Assembly (NCBI GenBank): GCA_965198235.1
Contig: OZ240248.1
Span: 1,856,001-1,920,000 of the forward strand
DNA length: 64,000 nucleotides
Direction of reading: 5' to 3'
Origin: Candidatus Poribacteria bacterium
GTDB lineage: Bacteria > Poribacteria > WGA-4E > WGA-3G
The position numbers and the translations under genes were made by a program. This document shows, in pieces, positions 48,891-60,130 of this stretch (its first letter is position 1; each line of letters begins with the position of its first letter). The notes below the pieces were generated by a model. It was not told the origin of the DNA, did no database searches, and saw only the letters and a program-made list of their open reading frames with translations.

Positions 48891-51800
48891 CTACTCGGCA
48901 AACTTAGCAGAGACAATTTTCGAGATACCCGCCTGTTCCATCGTCACGCCATACATGGCATCAGCGATTTCCATCGTGCGACGGTTGTGCGTGATAATGA
49001 CGAACTGCGTGTTCTCGGCGTAGGCACGGATAAGATTGGTGAAGCGGAGGACATTTGCTTCGTCGAGTGTGGCATCAACTTCATCGAGCACACAGAAAGG
49101 ACTCGGCTTGATTTTGAAGACAGCGAACAGGAGTCCAATCGCCACCAACGAACGTTCTCCACCGGAAAGTTGCGTGATACTCTGTGGACGTTTGCCGGGG
49201 GGACGAGCGATAATATCAATGCCCGAATCAAGCACGTCGGACGTATCCGCCAATAGCAATTCGGTTTCGCCGCCACCGAAGAGTTGTGTGAAAACCTCTT
49301 GGAAGTTCGTCTGCACCTGTTCAAACGTCTTAAGAAACACGTCTTTCGATGTCTGGTTAATTTTCTCTATCGCCTGATAAGTGGCTTGCATTGACTGTTC
49401 GACATCAGTGCGCTGGGCAGTCAGGAAGTCGTGGCGTTTCTTATGTTCCTCGTAAGCCTCAATCGCTTTGAGATTCACTGCGCCCATTCCAGAAAGTTCT
49501 GCCTTCAACTTTTCAATGCCATCCAACAGGTCAATCTCGTCCATAGTTTGTTCGTTATCCATTAACGGCGGCAACGCATCGATCGAGACTTGGTATTTAT
49601 CGTGAATGCGGGTTGAAACCGATTTTATGCGCATCTCAAGTTGTGTTGTGGCGACTTCGAGTTTATGGCGCGCGCGGTTCTGTTTCTCAAAGTATCTACG
49701 GGTTGCGCGCATCTCCTTTTGGAGGACCTCTACTTCCTGAAGGAGCGTCTCACGTTCTTCAGTCAGTTCATCAACGCGTGATTCAGCTTCGGCGCGGTCC
49801 CCCTCTAAACGGAGGAACTCGCGTTGCGCTGCGGCTACCTGCTCCACGAGGTCACTTTTTCTCTGTTCATCTGTGTCAATAATTGCTTGTTGTTCAGCGA
49901 TATCCTTTGCTGTTCGCTGTTGTGTCTCCTTGAGCGTTTGGAGTTCGGACGCGAAACCCTCCAGTTTCTGGCGCTGTCCTGCCAAGAAGACTTCCATATC
50001 CTGACAACTGCTCACGACCTCAGCATGTTTCCGGTTTTCGCTCTCAATCTGCTCGGACATCCGTTCGATCCATCGCTGGGTACGGGTACTCTTTTGCGTC
50101 AACGTCTGAATTTCAGTTTCAAGTGCCTGTTGTTCTTCGCGCGATGCCGCTACTGCGCTATCCAATTCACGGTTTTCGACCTCAACTTTAGTGAGTTGTT
50201 GTTCGAGCCGGGTAACTTGAAGGTTTGCCTGCTCTAAGTCTTTCGTCAACGACGCTTTTTCAACCCGCTTATCCTGCCACTGTACGGTGAGCGTCTGCCG
50301 CGTTTTTTGTAAGTTCGCTATTGCTGCAGCGTACGCCTTGCGCTTCTGATTCTTCTGATTGGAGCTCTGTGTCAGCTTCCCGATCTCGTCCTCAAGCGTC
50401 TCAAGTTCACGCGAACGACTGAGGAGTCCGCTTTTTTTCTGGTCTGTTTGACCGCCAGTGATCGCACCAGATGTATTAATGACTTCACCGTCTAATGTGA
50501 CGAAGCGTGCACTTGGACGAAACCGACGGGCCAGTGCGATTGCCGAATCCAAATCTTCAATAACGAGCGTGTTGCCCAAGAGATGTCGCATTGCAATCTC
50601 GTATTTGAGGTCGTAATCGATGAGTTCCTCAGCGATTCCGATAACACCGGGCTGGTCCAGCAGTTCCTCATCATCAAATCTACGTCCACGTAAAATATCC
50701 AGTGGGAGGAACGTTACCCTACCTGCGCGATGCTGTTTGAGAAAAGCGATTCCCTTTTGGGCATCCTCAGCGGTTTCAGTAATGACATTCTGGATAGCAC
50801 TACCGAGAGCCACCTCTATTGCAACCTCATACTCGGTATCCGTTGTGAGGAGTTCGGCAACAACGCCGCACACGCCCTGAAACTGATCGGAATAGTGGGT
50901 TTTCGCCCGCATTATTGCCCGAACACCCGTATAGTATCCTTCATAAGCGGATTGCAATTCCTGTAGTGATTTAAGCCGTGAGACGTTGGTGCCCAAGGTA
51001 TTCTGTAGACCTTGGATTTCGGATTCAAGCTTACGGAGTGTGTCTTGATTCTCGTCGAGGTCTGTCTCTACCTCGTTTTTCTCGGCTTCGATTTGAACGA
51101 GTGCTGCTTTTAGTTGTGTTTCGGCATATTGGGCTTCATCGCGAGTATCAGTGGCGGTGCTGAGTTCAGCCGCTAATGCCGTCTTATTTTCTTTGAGACG
51201 GTTGAGATTCCCTTCGGTATTTGTCAACGTATGCTCGATCGCTAAGTGTTCGCGTTCGCGTTCTGTCAACTCCGTTGTGATCTCTTGCAAGGCAGTTTGT
51301 GTTTCCTGCACAGACTCTTTGGCTCTGCTGATCCGTCCAGCGAGTTCTGTTAAAAGTTGCTGACGCGCTGCCAATCGGCTCTCTTCTATCTTGCAGGATG
51401 CTTCAAGTTTTTGATACTCTTGGTTCCGTTCTCGATGCTGCGTGAGTAGGGCTGTTTGCTGTGCTTTTAGGGATTCAAGCGTTTGGAGTGCCCGCTCCCG
51501 TTGCCGTTGAATGTTGAGTTGACGTTCCTTGTGAAGGACTATCTGACGTTCAATTTGCTCAATTTGTGATTCAATCTCGCGAAGTGCGATCTGTCCTTCA
51601 CGTATAACTTCATCCAACTCAGATCGACGGTTTGTGGAGTTCTCGATGCGTTCTTCAGAAGCTTTAAGGGTTTCAGAAGCACCCGCGACAGTGGTTAAAA
51701 CCTCATCCAAGTCGGCTTGGGCTTGGTCATAATCTATCCGGAGTTTATCATATTCCTTGTGCGCGAGTTCTAACTCAAGCTGCTTCAACTGCGCTTGTTG

Positions 51801-52475
51801 TGTATTATAGTGCCGTGCCTGTTCTGCCTGTTCCTTGAGCGACTCGGTTTCGCGCTGTAACTCCTGAATCACGTCGTTGATACGGGCGAGGTTTTGTTCG
51901 GTCTGTTCAAGTTTACGGAGTGCTGTTTTCTTACGATGTTTATACTTGGTAATGCCGGCGACCTCATCGAAGAGGAACCGACGTTCTTCGGGGCGGACAT
52001 TCAAGATCAAATCAATCTTGCTCTGCTCCATAACGGAGTAAGCATCTACGCCGATACCTGTGTCCATAAAGAGTTCGCTGATGTCTCGGAGACGACACGG
52101 GTTCTGATTAATCAGATAGCGGCTTTCACCATTGCGGGCAAGGTGACGAGACACCTCAACTTCTGGAGATGCGAAGGCAAGTTTAGGAGCATCTTGTGTC
52201 GGGGTATCAGGATTTCCATTTGAAAAGCGCAGTGCGACCTCTGTTTTCTGTGCGGGTGCAAAATTAGCACCACCGTTGAAAAGTAGGTCGCGCATAGAAC
52301 TACACCGAAGCGAGCGGGCACTCTGTTCCCCAAGCACCCACCGAATCGCATCGGAGACGTTGCTTTTCCCGCAGCCATTGGGTCCGACAATAGTCGTGAT
52401 GCCGGGTTCAAGTATAAGCTCAATTTCTTCGGCGAAACTCTTAAATCCACGAATTTTGATGCTATTTAAGTGCAA
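48891..52475 (-). CDS. smc: Chromosome segregation protein SMC
   Basis: GFKSF, GPNGCGKSN, hinge GRVTFLPL, LSGGE, LDEVDA, ITHN. Confidence 0.97.
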   Translation of the reverse strand: MHLNSIKIRGFKSFAEEIELILEPGITTIVGPNGCGKSNVSDAIRWVLGEQSARSLRCSSMRDLLFNGGANFAPAQKTEVALRFSNGNPDTPTQDAPKLAFASPEVEVSRHLARNGESRYLINQNPCRLRDISELFMDTGIGVDAYSVMEQSKIDLILNVRPEERRFLFDEVAGITKYKHRKKTALRKLEQTEQNLARINDVIQELQRETESLKEQAEQARHYNTQQAQLKQLELELAHKEYDKLRIDYDQAQADLDEVLTTVAGASETLKASEERIENSTNRRSELDEVIREGQIALREIESQIEQIERQIVLHKERQLNIQRQRERALQTLESLKAQQTALLTQHRERNQEYQKLEASCKIEESRLAARQQLLTELAGRISRAKESVQETQTALQEITTELTEREREHLAIEHTLTNTEGNLNRLKENKTALAAELSTATDTRDEAQYAETQLKAALVQIEAEKNEVETDLDENQDTLRKLESEIQGLQNTLGTNVSRLKSLQELQSAYEGYYTGVRAIMRAKTHYSDQFQGVCGVVAELLTTDTEYEVAIEVALGSAIQNVITETAEDAQKGIAFLKQHRAGRVTFLPLDILRGRRFDDEELLDQPGVIGIAEELIDYDLKYEIAMRHLLGNTLVIEDLDSAIALARRFRPSARFVTLDGEVINTSGAITGGQTDQKKSGLLSRSRELETLEDEIGKLTQSSNQKNQKRKAYAAAIANLQKTRQTLTVQWQDKRVEKASLTKDLEQANLQVTRLEQQLTKVEVENRELDSAVAASREEQQALETEIQTLTQKSTRTQRWIERMSEQIESENRKHAEVVSSCQDMEVFLAGQRQKLEGFASELQTLKETQQRTAKDIAEQQAIIDTDEQRKSDLVEQVAAAQREFLRLEGDRAEAESRVDELTEERETLLQEVEVLQKEMRATRRYFEKQNRARHKLEVATTQLEMRIKSVSTRIHDKYQVSIDALPPLMDNEQTMDEIDLLDGIEKLKAELSGMGAVNLKAIEAYEEHKKRHDFLTAQRTDVEQSMQATYQAIEKINQTSKDVFLKTFEQVQTNFQEVFTQLFGGGETELLLADTSDVLDSGIDIIARPPGKRPQSITQLSGGERSLVAIGLLFAVFKIKPSPFCVLDEVDATLDEANVLRFTNLIRAYAENTQFVIITHNRRTMEIADAMYGVTMEQAGISKIVSAKFAE

Positions 52476-52641
52476 AGGTTCAACCCTCCCACTACAAGTT
52501 TAGATGATTATCGAAGTGATAAGCAGTTTTAAGGTGCAACTTTTAAACGTTCGCCTTGCAATGCGAATGCGCGTCTGCAACCTTATGATAGCGTGAACGT
52601 TCATATAATACGTAAAATAAACGGGAAAAGTTTCACGATTC

Positions 52642-53394
52642 TTAAGTGTCCAAAGTTCTTGCCAGTGTCAAAACATCGACCTCGGCAGGATCGGCAGTCC
52701 ATAGGACGTTAACGACTTCACGAATCGTAGCACCGGTCGTGAAAACGTCGTCAATGACCAAAAGCTGCTTTCCACGAATAACATCTGGGTTTCGGACTTC
52801 AAAAGCACCGACGATGTTCTGTTGGCGGGCTTCTCTGTCCAAACTGCTTTGTGCGATTGTGTGTCGCTTCCGAACCAGAGTATTCGTGAGAATTGGTACA
52901 CCTTCCGCTTTTGCTATTCCATTGGCGAGTAGCGTCGCCTGATTAAAACCGCGTTCCTGCATCCGTTTCTTATGAATCGGAATTGGGAGAACAAAGTCGT
53001 ATTCCGCAATGCTACAGTCCAGGGGTATATGTGCATTTACCAGTTGAGTCAGGTGTCGCGCAAACACCTTTTTCTTTTCAAATTTAAAGAAATGTATTGC
53101 TTGTTGGAGTGTGGTTTGATAAAATGCTACGGATCTCAGTTTTCCATAGCGCGGTGGGGTGATAGCACACGCATCGCAGAGTCCATTGATGCTCGGCGTA
53201 CCACATATATCGCACCAAGGCGGTTCGAGGAATTGGATATCCTGCCAGCAGTTATTACAGATATAGGGTATAGACGTAGCCCCAAGAAATTCCTTGCAAA
53301 CCCGACATTCTGCGGGATAGAGGAAGGTTATTGCGGTTTCGGACATATCCCGCAATACAATGGGTAGGCGTAAGCCGATTGACTTTGATCCCAT
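52642..53394 (-). CDS. comF: ComF family amidophosphoribosyltransferase-like protein
   Basis: N-terminal CxxC zinc ribbons, RGFNQA, LVIDDVFTTGAT. Confidence 0.9.
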   Translation of the reverse strand: MGSKSIGLRLPIVLRDMSETAITFLYPAECRVCKEFLGATSIPYICNNCWQDIQFLEPPWCDICGTPSINGLCDACAITPPRYGKLRSVAFYQTTLQQAIHFFKFEKKKVFARHLTQLVNAHIPLDCSIAEYDFVLPIPIHKKRMQERGFNQATLLANGIAKAEGVPILTNTLVRKRHTIAQSSLDREARQQNIVGAFEVRNPDVIRGKQLLVIDDVFTTGATIREVVNVLWTADPAEVDVLTLARTLDT

Positions 53395-53423
53395 GAAACG
53401 CTACCTTGGAAAGATTCTATTTA

Positions 53424-53468
53424 TCTGAATCACGGATTATCGCGGATTTCGCAGATTCCACGGATTTT
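53424..53468 (-). repeat. 9-mer tandem repeat (family F8, aatccgcga...gattcaga)
   Basis: Opposite-orientation copies at 55197-55242, 55261-55300 and 55402-55440. Confidence 0.7.
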
Positions 53469-53940
53469 AGATATTCTGTTTCTTTTGCGTCTTTCGTAAA
53501 GATGCGATGTGTTTTACCGATGTTGATGCCTTAAAATGTTACACCAGTGTAACATTGCAGGGGCAGCGGTCAGTATCTCTAACCTCAGGTGCCGTCTGGA
53601 TTCCGGGACATTTTCAGGACTGATGTTCTGCCGCGAAAAAAATAATTTGGCGGAGGTGTAACATTTTCTTTGTTTTTGTTGCATCTGAATACTAATTCAA
53701 GTTTACATTATATATGATAACATATTCAATTTAGAAATGCAAATTTATTTTTGACGATTGTGGGCATTTTTATACGGGTGCTGTCCATCTGGAAGCAATA
53801 TGAGAGGGAAAACGGAACCCGATGCACCTAACTGAAAACCGAGTATCTCTGATTCAGGTATTATATTTTATGCTTTTGACAAAAAAGAATAAACGATGTA
53901 TTGTAGTGCATACGCTTATTTAGACCACAATTTCGCAAAG

Positions 53941-54792
53941 TTAAGATAAGGTTTGTCGTTGAAATTCCATAGGTGTCAAATACCCTAACGCCGAATGTGG
54001 GCGTTTCAGATTATAGACGTGTGTGATAAAATGCCCGATGCGATCTCTGGCCTCGGTGATGTTTTGATAGTCATTGATGTGAACTTCTTCCTCTTTGAGG
54101 GTGCGTATGAGTCTTTCAGCATATTCGTTCTCCCAAGGCCGTCCGCGCTGTGCGACGGAAATCTCGATGCGATGTTCTTGGAGTGTTGCGATATAAGCCT
54201 TTGAAAGATACTGCACGCCTTGATCGGAATGATGAATCTCAGGGACGCTGTGGCAGAATGCCTCTTCGAGCGGTTTGAGCGTCAGAGATTGGAAACCCAA
54301 GTGCTGACTGATCTGCCAAGCTTTGATCATTCGGGTGAAAACATCCATGAGTAGGCAGACATAGATGAAACGTCCATTGAGACGAACATAGGTAATATCG
54401 CCCACCCAGACCTGATCCTGACGAGAGACCTCAACGTTTTCGAGGCGGTTGCTCCAAGGCTTTTCACCCTGAAGCGATTTTGTTGTTTGACACGCACGCT
54501 TGACAGTGACCAAGAGATTACTATTTTTCATCAATCGAGCGACGCGTCGCGTCCCAACGGTGTATCCCATACGCAGTAGCAACTGCGTGATACGCCTATA
54601 CCCGTATCTCGGATACCGTCCGGCAAGTTTCTCTATTTCCGATCGTAGCAGATCTTCGGACGGATCCTCTTGGGGGTGATAATAGAAACTGCTGCGGTTG
54701 AAACCCAGCGTTTCACAAATCTCTCGCACGGAATACTCCGTGTGCAATGCCGAAATGAGGCTTCGCTTTTCGGATAAGGTCATTTCAACCAA
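53941..54792 (-). CDS. IS3 transposase OrfB (DDE integrase core)
   Basis: YGYRRI, WVGDITY, HHSDQGVQY, ENEYAER..RTLKEE, YN.KRPHSALGY. Confidence 0.9.
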   Translation of the reverse strand: MVEMTLSEKRSLISALHTEYSVREICETLGFNRSSFYYHPQEDPSEDLLRSEIEKLAGRYPRYGYRRITQLLLRMGYTVGTRRVARLMKNSNLLVTVKRACQTTKSLQGEKPWSNRLENVEVSRQDQVWVGDITYVRLNGRFIYVCLLMDVFTRMIKAWQISQHLGFQSLTLKPLEEAFCHSVPEIHHSDQGVQYLSKAYIATLQEHRIEISVAQRGRPWENEYAERLIRTLKEEEVHINDYQNITEARDRIGHFITHVYNLKRPHSALGYLTPMEFQRQTLS

Positions 54793-55071
54793 TCCAAGGC
54801 TTTTTTTTGGATGTCTAACGCCACCGTTAATCTCCCAACAAGCTGCTCAAGGTGAGCGATACGCTTCTCGGAAACCTCACTCGACTGCTTATCAGTAGAG
54901 TCAAACAGCGTAGACGCATTTTCAACGAGCTGTTGCTTCCACTGTGAGAGTTGATTTTCGTTGAGATTAGGTTCTCCGCCGACACACTTCTGCTTGGGAA
55001 GTCGCACCGCTGAGGACTTCGAGAACAAGTTCAGCTTTAAACTCAGGGGTGATTTTTCTTCGTTTCGCCAT
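54780..55071 (-). pseudogene. IS3 OrfA, frameshifted
   Basis: MAKRRKITPEFKAELVLEVL..EVCRR stops near 54965; NLNENQLSQWK continues in another frame; A8G slippery site before orfB. Confidence 0.75.
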
Positions 55072-55676
55072 CGGATAACTCCTTTCTAATGAGATTGTAT
55101 TGTAGCACAATCTTCCTTTAGGGTGTGGTCTAAAAAACCGATGGCAGTACAGTTCTTATCCCGATGGCCCCGTAGGCTTGACGGGAGGAGTCTCCAAAAA
55201 TCCGCGAAATCCGTGTCATCCGCGATAATCCGCGATTCAGACGAATCAGCCACCGCTCTTATCCTGAAAATCCTTTAATCCTGTAAATCCTGATTCAGAC
55301 AACTCTTACTGTGAGGCAAACCAACGAACCACAACCTAACAAGTTTATGCTACAAAACACCCCTTTATCTATATCCCGGTGCCGACAACGGACACCCCTT
55401 AAAAAATCCGTGAAATCCGCGACAATCCGCGATTCAGATAATTGAGATCCGGTCTGAAAAACACTGATACAATAAGTTAAATGTAATTTCACAATTGTTT
55501 TTTCACGGAGAACAGGCATGTTGTGTTCTGGGGAGCCACGGCCCGCCTATGCCGGTAAAAATCTCCGTGAAACCTCCGTGAAAACCGGAATATTCCTGCG
55601 TTTTTTCGGAGTACCGTTTTGCACAAAAATGCCGATAACTGAAAACTGAGCACTTCTTCAAAGGAGAACGAGAAAT

Positions 55677-56456
55677 ATGATAGAAAAACCGATAGTGTTT
55701 TACAACCAAGGACAACAATTGAACGGAATACTGCATTCACCAATAGGTTACGAGGCACCCTGTCCGGCAGTTGCCTTTTTTCACGGATTCACTGGAACGA
55801 AAGTTGAGCCGCACAGAATATTCGTTAAGACTGCACGGGAACTCGCTTCTATTGGGTTCTATGTGCTTCGCTTCGATTTTCGGGGTTGCGGGGACAGTGC
55901 GGGCGATTTCTCAGAGATGACGATCGGTGGTGAGATTTCCGATGCCATCAAGTCAATTGACGTTCTCACCGCTATGCAAGGGGTGGACCCTGAACGCATC
56001 GGTATTTTGGGATTGAGCATGGGTGGCTGTGTTGCGGCGTGTGTCTCTGGGCAAGATACACGTGTGAAATCGACGGTGATGTGGGCACCGCTCTCGGACG
56101 ATCCACCGGATCGGAAACAGGAAATTTTGGAGAGAGCCAAAAACACACCGACACCAGAGGAAATCGCACTCGCAAACCCAAACATTGTTGGGAAAGCGTT
56201 CTATGAAGAACTCCCTAACCTATCTCCTTCTGTCTCAATTCAGCAGTCTACAGGCGCGCTCCTCGTAATCCACGGCAGCGGCGATGATGTCGTGCCGGTC
56301 TCTCACGGCAGACGCTACTACGAATTGATGCGCGGGCGCGACACTTTGACGGAGCTTGAAATCGTTGATAAAGCTGATCATACTTTCAATACTGTCGCAT
56401 CGGAGCAGGCGGTAATCGCCAAATCGGTCGCATGGTTTCAACGGACATTGACATAA
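55677..56456 (+). CDS. Alpha/beta hydrolase
   Basis: HGFTG, RFDFRGCG, GLSMGG, IHGSGD, ADH. Confidence 0.9.
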   Translation: MIEKPIVFYNQGQQLNGILHSPIGYEAPCPAVAFFHGFTGTKVEPHRIFVKTARELASIGFYVLRFDFRGCGDSAGDFSEMTIGGEISDAIKSIDVLTAMQGVDPERIGILGLSMGGCVAACVSGQDTRVKSTVMWAPLSDDPPDRKQEILERAKNTPTPEEIALANPNIVGKAFYEELPNLSPSVSIQQSTGALLVIHGSGDDVVPVSHGRRYYELMRGRDTLTELEIVDKADHTFNTVASEQAVIAKSVAWFQRTLT

Positions 56457-56495
56457 CAGTGTTGACGTGCGAAATCGGTTACATAAAAAAATAAT

Positions 56496-56525
56496 TTGTC
56501 AAAAGCCACAAATGTGTGGTAAAAT
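56496..56525 (+). promoter_or_regulatory. Promoter with palindromic operator for the TA operon
   Basis: TTGTCA-18-TAAAAT enclosing CCACA-N4-TGTGG. Confidence 0.5.
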
Positions 56526-56600
56526 GATTTATTCTTAATAGCTCCGAAATCTGATAACACAACCTTCCGTGACAAAGACATAAATAGTTAAGATTTAACC

Positions 56601-56948
56601 ATGCGTGAGGCATATCCGCGAGAAATACGACGCTACCGGGCTCCAAACGGCAGCGAACCTTTCACTGAATGGGTTGAATCCATGCAAGATCAACGGACAC
56701 AAGACAGAATTCTTGCACGAATTGAATCCATTGAAAGCGGAGGCAATTTTGGCGATTGTGAACCTATTCGCGGTAGCGGTGGTGTCTTTGAACTGCGTTT
56801 CCACTTCGGTCCAGGCTATCGTATCTATTTTGGTGAGGTAGATAACACGATTGTTCTTCTACTTTGTGGGGGTGCCAAATCGTCACAGGCACAGGATATT
56901 GCCCGTGCAAAAAACTATTGGCGAGAATATAAGGAGACACAACGATGA
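56601..56948 (+). CDS. Addiction-module killer protein (RelE/ParE superfamily)
   Basis: PFTEW, GNFGD, GVFELR.HFGPGYRIYF, LLLCGG.KSSQ..DI..A. Confidence 0.9.
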   Translation: MREAYPREIRRYRAPNGSEPFTEWVESMQDQRTQDRILARIESIESGGNFGDCEPIRGSGGVFELRFHFGPGYRIYFGEVDNTIVLLLCGGAKSSQAQDIARAKNYWREYKETQR

Positions 56949-57298
56949 GAAATTCGGGAACATGGCGAGAATACATGGTTCAACGCCTCGCTTCCGATCC
57001 GGAACGGATAAAGGGCTATCTCCAAGCGATTATGGAAGAATACCAAACTTTTGGAGACCTGCGAGTAGTCCTGCTGGCACTCCGAACCGTTGCCGAGGCG
57101 GAGGGGGGTATATCAGTACTTGCCCAGAGAATTAACGCTGAGCCGAAGGTGCTCTCGGAAGAACTATCAAGCGACAAGGCTTTAACGATTGACACGCTTA
57201 GAACCATTCTTAACGCATTTGGATGCAGACTTTCAATTGAGCCTCTGGAGGCGGAAAATCTCCACCATCCTACACTTATTCTCCAAACCCAAGACTGA
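56945..57298 (+). CDS. Addiction-module antidote (HTH) protein
   Basis: YL...., LALR.VAEA.GG...LA, L..IL.A.G.RL; ATGA overlap with the toxin. Confidence 0.85.
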   Translation: MRNSGTWREYMVQRLASDPERIKGYLQAIMEEYQTFGDLRVVLLALRTVAEAEGGISVLAQRINAEPKVLSEELSSDKALTIDTLRTILNAFGCRLSIEPLEAENLHHPTLILQTQD

Positions 57299-58220
57299 TA
57301 CGGATTGCCTCTAACGCAACCGCTGCGTCCTCTAAGCATGGCGGTTGATCGGCAGCATCTCGGATCTCAGAAAGCCACAACTCCTGAAGCGTCGGCTGCG
57401 GTGAATCCGGTATAGAAAGCGGTGTCACGCCGGAGGGTGTTGTGCAGTGCCACTCGCCACCTGCGTCGCTTATCGTGCCTTCGGTGAGGACGTATCGCTC
57501 GTGTTCTTCGGGGGCGTTAATGGCGATGCCACCTGCCCATGTCCACTGTCCGATACCGCCGCGTTTGAATTCAACAATGAGTGTGTTGATAAACCGGTCG
57601 TATTGTCCGTTTTCCCTTAATCCTTCATAGACAGCATTCCTTTTAACAGACGACGCACCACCGAAGAAATCCACAATCGGATAGATATGGTAGATGAAAA
57701 AGTGCGCGGGTGTTCCTGACACCGATAGATTGAAGAGGATTTCAGGACGCGCACCGCGACCGGGTGTGAGGCGTACGAAAGAAGTGAGCAACAGATCGCC
57801 GAGTTCGCCTATCTTTTGCTTGAGTGCTTTGTGGGTGTTGGAGACTGCCTCTGGATGCGACACCCGAAGGACACGATGCCGTGCTTTGGCAAGTTGCAAT
57901 GATGCCTCCCCTTCACTGACATCGCTGGCGAGAGGGTATTCTACGAAGACATGTTTATCCGCTTGCAACGCCGCGAGCGTCATCTCACCGTGACTGTCGT
58001 TGTGGGTGCAGATGACGACGCCATCTATATCTTCGCGTTCAACCAGACGCTTCCATTCAGGCATAAAGACTGCCTCATGTTCTTTGGCGAGTTGGGTTCC
58101 TGTCTGTTCATTTCTGGAGGCAATCGCCACGACTTCGGTGGCTTCCATTGAGGCAAATCGTGTGAGGTGGTGCCGTGCCATCCCACCTGAACCGATAATT
58201 CCGATTTTAATTTTAGTCAT
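57276..58220 (-). CDS. Gfo/Idh/MocA oxidoreductase
   Basis: IGIIGSGGMA, DIDGVVICT, KHVFVEYPLA. Confidence 0.85.
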   Translation of the reverse strand: MTKIKIGIIGSGGMARHHLTRFASMEATEVVAIASRNEQTGTQLAKEHEAVFMPEWKRLVEREDIDGVVICTHNDSHGEMTLAALQADKHVFVEYPLASDVSEGEASLQLAKARHRVLRVSHPEAVSNTHKALKQKIGELGDLLLTSFVRLTPGRGARPEILFNLSVSGTPAHFFIYHIYPIVDFFGGASSVKRNAVYEGLRENGQYDRFINTLIVEFKRGGIGQWTWAGGIAINAPEEHERYVLTEGTISDAGGEWHCTTPSGVTPLSIPDSPQPTLQELWLSEIRDAADQPPCLEDAAVALEAIRISLGFGE

Positions 58221-58321
58221 ATTTTCTTTTATTTGGTGTGAGATTTGAAACCTCGTTGGTTTTAATTGAAAAGGCGCGCTTGCCAAACGCGCCTACAAGT
58301 TATTACCGTTCCTAAACGTGC

Positions 58322-59536
58322 CTATGCCCAGCCTTGGCTTTCGCCACCGACACGCGCAGCACTAATCTTCTCATAATAGCCACTCTTCCGATAGGCTGTC
58401 AGCGGATGTGGATCGCGTCCCATCTCCAAGCGGACCTGTTCTAATAGGGGGTTTACATCCGTTTCATAGGCGCGTTGGAGGATGGATTCTGCTTCAACCA
58501 AATCGGCGGCATCTTGTGCAGCTGCGAGTGCTTCTCGGTCAACGAGCAGTGCCTTCGTGTATGCCTTCTGCAGATTGCACACGGATTGGATGCTCGCTTC
58601 CACCTTCGGTTTCAGATTATGGCTCTGATCGATCATGTAAGCGATGTCGGTTTCCGTATCAGGGTCGAGTTCTGCGGCGACCAGTTCGGTATAAATCAGG
58701 AAGAGTTCCTGTGGATTGATAGAACCGACTGTCAGATCGTCGTCTGCGTATTTCCGGCAGTTGAAATGGAACCCGCCGAGTTTTCCCTCATCAATCAGAT
58801 AGGCGACGATGAATTCAATGTTCGTGCTTTGTGGGTGATGTCCTAAGTCAATGAGGACTTGCGCTTTCTCACCGAGTTTCGTTGCCATCAAATAGGCGGT
58901 TCCCCAATCCGGGAGGTCGGTATGATAGAATGCGGGTTCAAAGAACTTATACTCGATAAGCATACGGGTGGCATCTGGAAGTGCATCGTAGACCTCGGCT
59001 AATGCCTCCGCCATCCACTGTTTGCGTTTCCTGAAGTTTGACTGTCCCGGAAAGTTAGTCCCGTCTGCGAACCACAAACTGAGCAGATCGGAGCCTGTTT
59101 TCTCCATGATGTCAACACACTCAAGCATGTGATCTACTGCAAGTCGGCGAATATCGGCATCCGGATTGCAGACGCTTCCGAGTTTATACGCCTGATCCTG
59201 GAAGACGTTCGGATTGATTGCGCCTATACCGATACCGACATCCGCGGCGTACTGTTTCAATGCCCCCCAATCGTCCGTTTTGTCCCACGGAATGTGGAGC
59301 GCAACGGTGGGAGCGATACCGGTGAAACGATGAACAGTGGCTGCGTCTTCCAGACGTTCGGCGGCATTTCGCGCTGCACCGGGTTGTTCAAAGACCCCGA
59401 ACCGAGTACCGGAATTACCGTAACCCCATGACGGCGTTTCGATGTGCTGTTCCTTGAGATGGGCTTTGACAGCCTCTACCTGAATCCCCTGTTTCTCCAA
59501 CGTCTCAGCGAGGAGATCATATGCGAGATTGCTCAT
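58322..59536 (-). CDS. rhaI: L-rhamnose isomerase (RhaI type)
   Basis: [51 protein letters not shown]. Confidence 0.9.
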   Translation of the reverse strand: MSNLAYDLLAETLEKQGIQVEAVKAHLKEQHIETPSWGYGNSGTRFGVFEQPGAARNAAERLEDAATVHRFTGIAPTVALHIPWDKTDDWGALKQYAADVGIGIGAINPNVFQDQAYKLGSVCNPDADIRRLAVDHMLECVDIMEKTGSDLLSLWFADGTNFPGQSNFRKRKQWMAEALAEVYDALPDATRMLIEYKFFEPAFYHTDLPDWGTAYLMATKLGEKAQVLIDLGHHPQSTNIEFIVAYLIDEGKLGGFHFNCRKYADDDLTVGSINPQELFLIYTELVAAELDPDTETDIAYMIDQSHNLKPKVEASIQSVCNLQKAYTKALLVDREALAAAQDAADLVEAESILQRAYETDVNPLLEQVRLEMGRDPHPLTAYRKSGYYEKISAARVGGESQGWA

Positions 59537-59635
59537 TCTGCTTTTTCCTTTCTTGAAGAATAGTTGTCAGTTATCAGTTATCGGTTTTCAGTTAAGAGCA
59601 TTTCTTGTAACAATCAATTTAACCCCAATTGATAA

Positions 59636-60130
59636 CTATATTGTCAATTCCTGAAAAATTTGTACAAGTTTTTCCTGCGTCGCGTTCGGATCTTCAATGA
59701 TGATGCGTGCACCGCCGATAACGTCCATGAATCCCAATTCACGCGGATATCGAGGGACAACGTGCAGGTGAAAATGCGGGATGCTCGCACCGGAGGCATC
59801 CCCCATGTTATAACCAACGTTGTAGCCGCGTGGCTGATAAGCGCATGTCAATGCCTCAAAACAGAGACATTGGAGTTCGTGAAGGTCTTGAACCTCTTCC
59901 TGATCCAGCTCCCGTACGTCAAGCACATGCCGATTCGGAAAAATTAAGAGGTGTCCCGGACTGTAAGGATAAAGATTAAGCGAGATGGTAAAGCGTTCGG
60001 TTCGATGTACCTCAAGTCGTTGGACTTTATCATTTTTCTCGACAATAGCACACAGGATACACGGTACATCTGGACGATTTTTTCCTTTGGCATAAGGCAT
60101 TTTATTCGGTACGAAGAGGTTGTGTCGCAT
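59636..60130 (-). CDS. HIT family hydrolase
   Basis: CILC, LNLYPYSPGH, GYNVGYN, HFHLHVVPR. Confidence 0.9.
   Translation of the reverse strand: MRHNLFVPNKMPYAKGKNRPDVPCILCAIVEKNDKVQRLEVHRTERFTISLNLYPYSPGHLLIFPNRHVLDVRELDQEEVQDLHELQCLCFEALTCAYQPRGYNVGYNMGDASGASIPHFHLHVVPRYPRELGFMDVIGGARIIIEDPNATQEKLVQIFQELTI

Larger units (their letters stand above)
53902..55151 (-). mobile_element. IS3-family insertion sequence (1250 bp)
   Basis: 27-bp imperfect TIRs TGTAGTGCATACGCTTATTTAGACCAC / TGTACTGCCATCGGTTTTTTAGACCAC; orfA + orfB. Confidence 0.9.

Noticed and set aside
55152-55196. tRNA-like 3' end (…gtctcca) beside the IS3
   Set aside because: No T-loop TTCGA or cloverleaf
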